The notes beneath the pieces were generated by a model. It was not told the origin of the DNA. It did not search any database and saw only the letters and a program-made list of their open reading frames with translations. From an uncultured Candidatus Saccharibacteria bacterium (GTDB taxonomy: Bacteria > Patescibacteriota > Minisyncoccia > Phycocordibacterales > PALSA-1337), in assembly GCA_964406895.1 (NCBI GenBank), contig CAYOTK010000005.1, positions 7,484-71,483 of the forward strand: a stretch of 64,000 nucleotides of DNA. Direction: 5' to 3'. Of this stretch, positions 56,972-64,000 are shown piece after piece (the stretch's first letter is position 1; every line of letters starts with the position of its first letter). The translations under genes and the position numbers were made by a program.

Positions 56972-57328
56972 ATGTTAATGATTCGCTTACAACGCACAGG
57001 ACGCAAACACGAACCAACTTTTCGTGTTGTTTTGACTGATTCCAAGAATGGTCCAAAAAGTGGCAAATACATAGAGAATTTGGGCTGGTATGATTCTAGG
57101 ACAAAGAATAAGATTGAGCAGATAGACATAGAGGCAATCAAGACACATATGAAGAATGGCGCCAAACTCTCTCTCACACTTCACAATTTCCTCGTAAATA
57201 ACAAAGTCATTTCTGGTAAGAAGCTCAACGCTCTTCCTAAGAAAAGCCCCATCAAATCCGAAACACCAGCCGAAGCTGCACCTGCACCAGTTGCAACTCC
57301 AACTCCCGCGGAGGCGCCTGCAGCTTAG
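56972..57328 (+). CDS. rpsP: 30S ribosomal protein S16 with Ala/Pro-rich C-terminal extension
   Basis: The N-terminus MLMIRLQRTGRKHEPTFRVVLTDSKNGPKSGKYIENLGWYD is the bS16 signature. The tail is ETPAEAAPAPVATPTPAEAPAA. Confidence 0.8.
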   Translation: MLMIRLQRTGRKHEPTFRVVLTDSKNGPKSGKYIENLGWYDSRTKNKIEQIDIEAIKTHMKNGAKLSLTLHNFLVNNKVISGKKLNALPKKSPIKSETPAEAAPAPVATPTPAEAPAA

Positions 57329-57432
57329 TTACCGATATATATAGTCTTGATGGCTCACTTCGATGAGTTTTTTGTTTGTTTATTTAAATATAGAAATTTG
57401 TTTTTACCCTTAGCTTGTAGTAATATTGAGCC

Positions 57433-58068
57433 ATGATAATAACTTATTTAGGTGCAGAATTCGTGAAGATTCAATTTGGCGACATTACTCTCGCTCTCAA
57501 TCCAGTATCCAAGGATTCTGATTTGAAGACATCCAAGTTTGGTGCTGACGTTGTACTTTCTAGTATCAATCATTCTCATATGAACGGCATAGAGACGGTT
57601 TCATTCGGGGACAAGAAACCATTTAGTATTACAGGACCGGGAGAATATGAGGTTAGAGGTGTATTCATAAGAGGCATGTTGTCCGAATCCGGTTACGATG
57701 GTGAGAAGAGGATCAATACCATATACACTATCAATCTTGAAGGCATGAATATATGTTATTTGGGAGCTGTGAATACACCAATCTTGCCCAAAGAAAGCGA
57801 TGAGGCCATAGAAGAAGTTGATATACTTTTTGTGCCGATAGGCGGAGATGGAGTTTTGGATCCAGCTTCTGCTTACAAACTAGCCGTCTCTATTGGCCCT
57901 AAGATTATTATACCTATTCATTATGGAGAGATCGGCTCAAAAGACGCTCTCAAACAATTTTTGAAAGAGGCAGGTGAGAATCCAACACCAGTACCAAAAT
58001 TAACTCTGAAGAAAAAAGACCTAGAAGGCAAAGATGCAGATGTCGTGGTTCTAGAAGTTGAGAAATAA
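57433..58068 (+). CDS. MBL-fold metal-dependent hydrolase (UPF0173-like)
   Basis: It is ~211 aa and has the beta-lactamase-fold pattern with HxHxDH-like SINHSHMNG and later His/Asp residues (PIHYGE). Similarity is at family level only. Confidence 0.45.
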   Translation: MIITYLGAEFVKIQFGDITLALNPVSKDSDLKTSKFGADVVLSSINHSHMNGIETVSFGDKKPFSITGPGEYEVRGVFIRGMLSESGYDGEKRINTIYTINLEGMNICYLGAVNTPILPKESDEAIEEVDILFVPIGGDGVLDPASAYKLAVSIGPKIIIPIHYGEIGSKDALKQFLKEAGENPTPVPKLTLKKKDLEGKDADVVVLEVEK

Positions 58069-58164
58069 CTATGTATAAGAACATATTTTAAGCTCGACGG
58101 AGTGACTGTTTTTTGCTATACTTAAGCCATAATAATCCATTAAAGGTTAATTTTTATTATCAAA

Positions 58165-60642
58165 ATGACAAAGAAAACAGACAAAAGTAGAGATGAAGAA
58201 TCAGTGCCAGAGAGAATCGGTAATGGTATTGTTCCTCGAAGTCTCACCAGTGAAATGCGTGAGTCTTATCTCAACTACGCGATGTCTGTTATTACTTCGA
58301 GAGCCTTGCCAGATGTTCGTGATGGTCTCAAACCTGTTCACAGACGCATACTCTACACGATGCACGAACTCGGCCTCAGTCCTAACGGCAAAACCAGAAA
58401 GTCTGCCAAGATTGTTGGAGACGTTACAGGTAATTATCATCCTCATGGAACAACTGCGGTTTATGAATCTCTAGTCAATCTTATCCAGCCTTTTAGAATG
58501 CGATATCCTCTGGCCATTGGTCAGGGTAACTTCGGTTCTTTGGATGGTGATGGTGCCGCTGCTGATAGATATACTGAGGCCAAAATGTCTAGAATATCTA
58601 GCGAATTGTTGAAAGACATAGACAAGGATACTGTTGATTGGCGACCGAACTACGAAGGCACAAGGAATGAGCCGACAGTATTGCCATCGATGGTTCCAAA
58701 CTTACTACTCAATGGAACTTTGGGTATTGCAGTTGGTATGGCTACAAACATTGCTCCTCACAATTTGCGAGAAGTTGTAGATGCCACCACTCACCTTATA
58801 GACAATTCTGACGCTACTACAGAAGACTTGCTTCAGCATATCAAGGGTCCAGATTTTCCTACTTATGGAGTTATGTATGGCGAGAAAGACATCCATCATA
58901 CATATGCAACAGGCCGTGGAAGTATTGTTGTTAGAGGTGAAGCAGAAATAGTCGAAGACAAGAAAGGTCAATATCAGATCGTTATCACTTCTATTCCATA
59001 TCGCGTGAACAAAGCAGAACTCATAATGCGTATTGCAGATTTGGTCCGAGAAAAGACCATAGAGGGTGTGAGAGCTTTGAGAGATGAGTCTGACAAGGAT
59101 GTTCGTATAGTTATAGAACTGAAACAAGGCTCATATCCAGAGAAAACACTCAATCTTCTTTACAAACATACTCAACTAGAAGATTCATTCCACGTAAACA
59201 ATGTTGCTTTGGTTGATGGTGTTCCACAAACACTGTCTTTGAAGACAATGTTGCAGGAATTCATCGCACATAGAATACAGGTTATAAGACGCAAGACAAA
59301 ATTCGAACTTGATAGAGCTGAGGAAAGAGAGCATATTTTGTTGGGCTTGAAGAAAGCGCTCGACCACATAGATGCGATCATTACTCTTATTCGCGCGTCC
59401 AAGGATGCAACTGAGGCACATGCCAACCTTATCAAGAAATTCAAATTCACAGACAAACAAGCTACAGCAATTCTCGAAATGAAACTTCAAAGATTGGCTG
59501 GTTTGGAGCGTAAGAAAGTTCTCGATGAATTGGCAGAAGTACAAGCACTCATAGAAGAATTGAAAAGTATTTTGGGAAGTGAGAAGAAAGTCAGAACAAT
59601 CATCAAGACCGAACTAACAAATATCAAAGAAAAATACGGCGATGATCGCAGAACTCGTATTGTCAAACATGGCGTCAAAGAATTCAACCCTGAAGATCTC
59701 ATAGCCGACGAAGAATCAGTCTTGGTTCTCACTAAGGGTGGTTATATCAAGCGCACCAATCCTGACGAGTACCGCAAGCAGAAAAGAGGTGGAGTTGGGG
59801 TTGTAGATCTAGATACCAAAGAAGAAGATTTCATTACGCATCTTGTTTATGCTTCGACACACAATGATATTCTATTCTTTACTGACAAAGGCAAGGCTTA
59901 TCAAATCAAAATGTACGATATTCCTGAAGGCAAAAGAGCAACAAGAGGCAAGTCAGTTATGAATTTCCTATCTCTTGCAGAAGGTGAAAGAGTAACTTCT
60001 ATTTTGCCGATGCCAAAGAACAAGAAAGAAGCAGAAGGTTTGTCGATAATGATGGTTACCAAGAATGGTACCGGCAAGAAATCTTCCGCAAAACACTTCC
60101 ACGATGTTAGAAGATCAGGCCTTATAGCCATAACATTGGATTCAGGTGATGAGCTCATCTCCGTATCATTTGTTTCCAAGAATGATGATGTAATGATTGC
60201 TACAAAAGAAGGCCAGTCGATCAGATTCAAAGAAAGTGATGTGAGAGAAATGGGCAGGAATGCTGCGGGTGTTCGTGTTATCAAACTCGAGAAGAATGAC
60301 GCAGTTATTTCCGCAGATATTGTTTCGAAAGATTCCAAGAATCCAGCCCTGTTTGTTATAGGATCAAATGGTTACGGTAAGAAAACAGATCTTTCTGAAT
60401 ACAAGACTCAGAAGCGTGGAGGATCTGGTATATTGACCATGAAAGTTACTTCAAAGACTGGTTCTCTTATGGGCGCAAAAGTAGTTACAGAAAATGAAGA
60501 AGAGATTGTGGCAATGTCGAAGAAAAGCCAAGTCATAAGAACTGATTTGAAAGAAATACCGACTCTCGGCCGCTCAACTCAAGGCGTTAGGATTATGAAA
60601 CTTCGTGATGGAGATTCGTTGGCTAGTATGATTTGCTTATAG
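58165..60642 (+). CDS. gyrA: DNA gyrase subunit A
   Basis: [27 protein letters not shown], the active-site region [11 protein letters not shown] (Tyr), a C-terminal beta-pinwheel and the GyrA-box-like QKRGGVG. Confidence 0.85.
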   Translation: MTKKTDKSRDEESVPERIGNGIVPRSLTSEMRESYLNYAMSVITSRALPDVRDGLKPVHRRILYTMHELGLSPNGKTRKSAKIVGDVTGNYHPHGTTAVYESLVNLIQPFRMRYPLAIGQGNFGSLDGDGAAADRYTEAKMSRISSELLKDIDKDTVDWRPNYEGTRNEPTVLPSMVPNLLLNGTLGIAVGMATNIAPHNLREVVDATTHLIDNSDATTEDLLQHIKGPDFPTYGVMYGEKDIHHTYATGRGSIVVRGEAEIVEDKKGQYQIVITSIPYRVNKAELIMRIADLVREKTIEGVRALRDESDKDVRIVIELKQGSYPEKTLNLLYKHTQLEDSFHVNNVALVDGVPQTLSLKTMLQEFIAHRIQVIRRKTKFELDRAEEREHILLGLKKALDHIDAIITLIRASKDATEAHANLIKKFKFTDKQATAILEMKLQRLAGLERKKVLDELAEVQALIEELKSILGSEKKVRTIIKTELTNIKEKYGDDRRTRIVKHGVKEFNPEDLIADEESVLVLTKGGYIKRTNPDEYRKQKRGGVGVVDLDTKEEDFITHLVYASTHNDILFFTDKGKAYQIKMYDIPEGKRATRGKSVMNFLSLAEGERVTSILPMPKNKKEAEGLSIMMVTKNGTGKKSSAKHFHDVRRSGLIAITLDSGDELISVSFVSKNDDVMIATKEGQSIRFKESDVREMGRNAAGVRVIKLEKNDAVISADIVSKDSKNPALFVIGSNGYGKKTDLSEYKTQKRGGSGILTMKVTSKTGSLMGAKVVTENEEEIVAMSKKSQVIRTDLKEIPTLGRSTQGVRIMKLRDGDSLASMICL

Positions 60643-60687
60643 GCTATTCACTTCCCTCTGTGTATAAAAATACGCTAGAATATAGCT

Positions 60688-61206
60688 ATGTTTTCTAATC
60701 CAGCCTCAAATATCGCCAAGCTCGGAATCATTCATGGAATGAAATTAATAGACATAGGTACTGGCTCGGGTTTCTATGCTATAGAATCAGCAAAATTAGT
60801 AGGCCCATCAGGGCGCGTATATGCTGTTGATGTTCAAAGAGAAATTCTTGATCGAATACGCGCCAATGGTATATCACAAAAACTCAATAACATTGAGGTG
60901 GTTTGGGGTAATGCAGAAAAGATCGGCGGCACCAAAATCAGAGAAAATATCGCTGATAGAATAATTGTATCAAATGTATTATTTCAAGTAGCCAAGCCAG
61001 ATGATTTCTGCTTAGAGATAAAGAGACTAACAAAAACAGGCGGCAAAGTTTTGGTTGTAGATTGGAGTGATATTAGTCCTATCGGTCCCAAGAATGTTGT
61101 AAGTGCCGAAAAGGCTCGTCTTTTATTCGAGAAGCATGGTTTCAAACTGGATCAAAGTTTCGATGCGGGAGATCATCATTATGGTTTAATTTTCATAAAA
61201 ACATAA
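60688..61206 (+). CDS. Class I SAM-dependent methyltransferase
   Basis: LIDIGTGSGFYAIESAKLVGPSGRVYAVDV is motif I plus the acidic post-I residue. Confidence 0.55.
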   Translation: MFSNPASNIAKLGIIHGMKLIDIGTGSGFYAIESAKLVGPSGRVYAVDVQREILDRIRANGISQKLNNIEVVWGNAEKIGGTKIRENIADRIIVSNVLFQVAKPDDFCLEIKRLTKTGGKVLVVDWSDISPIGPKNVVSAEKARLLFEKHGFKLDQSFDAGDHHYGLIFIKT

Positions 61207-61210
61207 TACT

Positions 61211-62503
61211 ATGTCCAAATTTCAAATGATCGTTATAGGAATATTTGTGGTTTGCATAATTGCAGGTGTTGCTGCTTTTGCAATGTTCAAGGGCAGTAGT
61301 TCTTCTACGGCTTTGCCACAGATCACTATTTGGGGAACATTCCCGAAGGACGTCTTCGATCAATACGTATCCAAGATCAATAATACTTTGCCTCAAAGTA
61401 TTTCTATTGATTATGTTCAAAAATCAACTGATCAATTTTCCAAAGATTTCATAGCCACTCTTGCTAGGGGTTCTGGACCTGATGCCATACTTATTCCTTC
61501 AGACATGATTTTGCCTCATATGGATAAGATTGTTCCTATACCATATGGTGCTTTGCCACAGAGAGATTTCATGGATACATATATCGAAGAATCCTACATG
61601 TATTTGGGTCAACAGGGTTTGTACGCACTACCTTTTACGGTTGATCCTCTAATCATGTATTGGAACAGAGACATGTTCAATTCCGCTGGCATAGCGACGA
61701 GCCCAAAATATTGGGATGAATTTATCAATATCAATAAAAAGTTAGTTACTAAAGATCAAAAAGGCAATATTCGCAAAACTGGTTTGGCTATGGGGGAGTT
61801 CGTCAACATCACTAATGCCCGAGAATTATTAGGCACGCTTATTATGCAATTGGGTAATCCTGTAACATATACCAATAACGAGGGTGTTACACGTAGTTCG
61901 CTCAAGATGTCTTTCAATCCCAATCCTTCAAAAGCTGTACAATTCTATACTCAGTTTGCGGACGCTTCACAGCAATTATATTCTTGGAATAGAGGTATGC
62001 CAGAATCAAAATCATATTTCCTATCAGGATTACTCGGTACATATTTCGGTTTTGCATCAGAGATCAATGATATTAGAGCCAAGAATCCCAATCTGAATTT
62101 CGATGCCGCCACGATACCACAGGTAAGGACCGGAGGCAAAAAAGCTACATTTGGAAGGATGTACGGACTTTCTATTGTTCGAGCTTCCAAGAATGCAAAT
62201 GCAACTTTCCAGATACTTTCTGTTATTACTTCTGCATCTGCATTGAAAATGCTGTCCAATACTCTGTATTTGCCTTCAGTTAGAAGAGATGTCATATCTG
62301 TGGGCTCGAGTGACCCATACATCTCTGTGTTCAATGAGCAGGCTTTGATAGCCAAATCTTGGCTTGATATTGATCCTTCAAGTTCATTCAACATATTCAG
62401 AAATATGGTAGAATCTGTTACAAGTGGTAGCAAGAATATAAACGAAGCTTTGGATGATGCTGGTGATCAATATGATAATATTTTACGAATAAGCAATGAA
62501 TAA
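61211..62503 (+). CDS. Extracellular solute-binding protein (ABC transporter substrate-binding, family 1, sugar-type) with N-terminal membrane anchor
   Basis: It has an N-terminal TM (IVIGIFVVCIIAGVAAFAMF) and the SBP_bac_1-like pattern (…LPFTVDPLIMYWNRDMFNSAGI…). Confidence 0.5.
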   Translation: MSKFQMIVIGIFVVCIIAGVAAFAMFKGSSSSTALPQITIWGTFPKDVFDQYVSKINNTLPQSISIDYVQKSTDQFSKDFIATLARGSGPDAILIPSDMILPHMDKIVPIPYGALPQRDFMDTYIEESYMYLGQQGLYALPFTVDPLIMYWNRDMFNSAGIATSPKYWDEFININKKLVTKDQKGNIRKTGLAMGEFVNITNARELLGTLIMQLGNPVTYTNNEGVTRSSLKMSFNPNPSKAVQFYTQFADASQQLYSWNRGMPESKSYFLSGLLGTYFGFASEINDIRAKNPNLNFDAATIPQVRTGGKKATFGRMYGLSIVRASKNANATFQILSVITSASALKMLSNTLYLPSVRRDVISVGSSDPYISVFNEQALIAKSWLDIDPSSSFNIFRNMVESVTSGSKNINEALDDAGDQYDNILRISNE

Positions 62504-62957
62504 ATTACTTTTAATTTTCTTTCTCGCGTTTAGTTTCGCAAATGTATATATAGCGAATGCTGCGACCACTCCCAATCCAAATTTTACGAACATCAACAAT
62601 CCAGAATTCAGATTAGTTATATGTGATGGTCCTAGATATCCAGATCCTTTGCCAGTAGGCATGAATCCACCACCGGCAAATTACGTTCCATGTGATTTCA
62701 ACGGTCTTATGTTGCAAGCCAATCACATAATAACGTTATTACTTATTGCTGGAGTATTTGTAGCTATAGCTGGTCTTGCATATTCTGGGTATTTGTTTTT
62801 GACAGGCAAGGAGCAAGATCGTACTCGCGCTAAGGAAATATTACCAAAAATTGCAAAAGGGTTTATAATGATGATATCCGCATGGTTTATTGTGCATCAG
62901 TTGCTAATCTGGCTTACTGATAATGGCAATGGTTTTTCTAGGTTAATAGGAGGATAA
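62496..62957 (+). CDS. Small membrane protein, VirB2/TrbC-like (T4SS-type pilin) architecture
   Basis: It has a signal peptide (LAFSFANVYIANA), then two hydrophobic helices separated by a short charged loop (…LFLTGKEQDRTRAKEILPKIAKGFIMM…). Confidence 0.4.
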   Translation: MNKLLLIFFLAFSFANVYIANAATTPNPNFTNINNPEFRLVICDGPRYPDPLPVGMNPPPANYVPCDFNGLMLQANHIITLLLIAGVFVAIAGLAYSGYLFLTGKEQDRTRAKEILPKIAKGFIMMISAWFIVHQLLIWLTDNGNGFSRLIGG

Positions 62958-62961
62958 AATT

Positions 62962-63450
62962 ATGACTAAGCAAACAAAAAAAATTGTTGTACCAATAGTG
63001 GCATTATTACTCATCTGCTCATTTTTTTCATTTTCTATAGCTTTGGCTGATACTGCCAATACAGGACCTTCAGGTGATACAGGAGCAAATTTGCCCGCAC
63101 CTACGCCTACAGCTACTAAGGCAGAGATAATACCTCTCGCTAATCCTCTATCTAGTAAGTTTAATACCGTCGGTGGATTGATAAACTCTCTCATGGAGAT
63201 TTTCAGTTATGTCGCTGTTATTATTGCTGTTTTGGCTTTGATATGGGTTGGCTTCCAATTCATCATGGCGCAGGGTAATTCTGATCGCATAAGTGAGCTC
63301 AAAACTTGGTTTTACTATATTATTATCGGTACTGCTATTATTCTGGCCTCGAGACTTATCGTGTCTGTCGTTATCAATACCTTAGAATCAGCAGGTACAG
63401 TCAGTCCTGATGTTATACAAAAATTAAGACAACCACTTAATAATCAATAA
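62962..63450 (+). CDS. Small membrane protein, VirB2/TrbC-like paralog
   Basis: It has a signal peptide, helix-loop(QGNSDRISELK)-helix, and the same layout as the neighbour. Confidence 0.4.
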   Translation: MTKQTKKIVVPIVALLLICSFFSFSIALADTANTGPSGDTGANLPAPTPTATKAEIIPLANPLSSKFNTVGGLINSLMEIFSYVAVIIAVLALIWVGFQFIMAQGNSDRISELKTWFYYIIIGTAIILASRLIVSVVINTLESAGTVSPDVIQKLRQPLNNQ

Positions 63451-63459
63451 AAATATTTT

Positions 63460-63912
63460 ATGATCAAAAGAATATCAATCGCTTCATTATTAACAATCTT
63501 GGTACCTGCTATCACATTTGCGGCTGGTAAGGACTTGGCATATTTGATTGCTGTTTTCATCAAATATCTCAATCAAGCTCTATTCGTACTTATAGGAGTT
63601 GCTGTTGTCGTCTTCATATATCACATAGTGAAATATTTCATTTTACCGAATGAAGACAGGAAGGCCGCCGGTAATTATGTTATGTACAGCGTTATTGGTT
63701 TCTTTGTTATTATTTCATTTTGGGGTTTGGTTAATATAATAAAAAATACCTTTGAATTGGACAATCAAGCACCAACCACTTGGGGCAGTTTCTCCAATCT
63801 GTTTCCTTCGGGAGGTTCGACTGGAGGTTCCAATAATAATGGTTCAAACAGCGGATCACAGACGCCGTTTTCACCAAGTGTAGTTCCAGTGACCAGTGGA
63901 GAAAACAATTAG
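63460..63912 (+). CDS. Small membrane protein, VirB2/TrbC-like paralog with Gly/Ser/Asn-rich tail
   Basis: It has a signal peptide (PAITFAAG), helix-loop(PNEDRKAAG)-helix and the tail GGSTGGSNNNGSNSGSQ. Confidence 0.4.
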   Translation: MIKRISIASLLTILVPAITFAAGKDLAYLIAVFIKYLNQALFVLIGVAVVVFIYHIVKYFILPNEDRKAAGNYVMYSVIGFFVIISFWGLVNIIKNTFELDNQAPTTWGSFSNLFPSGGSTGGSNNNGSNSGSQTPFSPSVVPVTSGENN

Positions 63913-64000
63913 TTTATTTGAACAATTCACATATTTGCTTGTTTATGGCAGGTACGATGAGTTATAATCATTAGGTAATATAATTATAAATTAATAAATA

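Noticed and set aside
57329-57432. Weak hairpin (CTCA-cttcga-TGAG + T6) after rpsP as a terminator
   Set aside because: A 4-bp stem is too weak to call confidently.

Overview
This is an AT-rich bacterial window with a compact, reduced-genome gene set. Short-form housekeeping genes are present (secA, murB, obg, gatB, infB-rbfA, rpsP, gyrA, and tRNA-Leu and tRNA-Cys). From the gene content, the source looks like a Patescibacteria/CPR-like or similarly streamlined cell-wall-containing bacterium; this is an inference. There is no rRNA, no CRISPR array and no clear prophage. Nearly everything else encodes cell-surface functions, in four groups. Coordinates 1-3143 hold a type IV pilus locus: a GspF/PilC C-terminus, a 499-aa prepilin-like LVIVD-repeat protein and three pilins. 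Coordinates 4142-8266 hold a mannose module: a eukaryotic-type PMM-like HAD protein, three GH130 domains in two genes, and a cupin. Coordinates 8297-25568 hold a ~17 kb surface-glycan locus. It contains GtrA, three GT4 enzymes, four methyltransferases, a GT11-GT2 fusion and a GT10 (alpha-1,2 and alpha-1,3 fucosyltransferase families), an acetyltransferase, an epimerase, a Wzm/Wzt ABC exporter, a Ppm-like GT2-GtrA fusion, a PMT/ArnT-like GT-C protein, and a Wzy_C-TPR protein that resembles a protein O-oligosaccharyltransferase. Coordinates 33617-48875 hold a divergent HTH regulator and a two-gene, 14.4 kb operon of giant surface proteins. The first (2724 aa) has an HTH-like cytoplasmic N-terminus, one TM helix, an FG-GAP propeller, fibre-like repeats, a phage-tail-fibre-type S74 intramolecular chaperone domain and a Ser/Thr-rich tail. 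The second (2081 aa) has a parallel beta-helix and two peptidoglycan-binding domains. Other points worth a second look are a near-identical 414-bp duplication inside the first giant gene, a GC-rich island flanked by palindromic hairpin repeats upstream of a cysteine desulfurase (candidate ncRNA), a 127-bp inverted-repeat element, a GGTCGRACCTC palindromic repeat family, and three tandem VirB2/TrbC-like small membrane proteins at the 3' edge.
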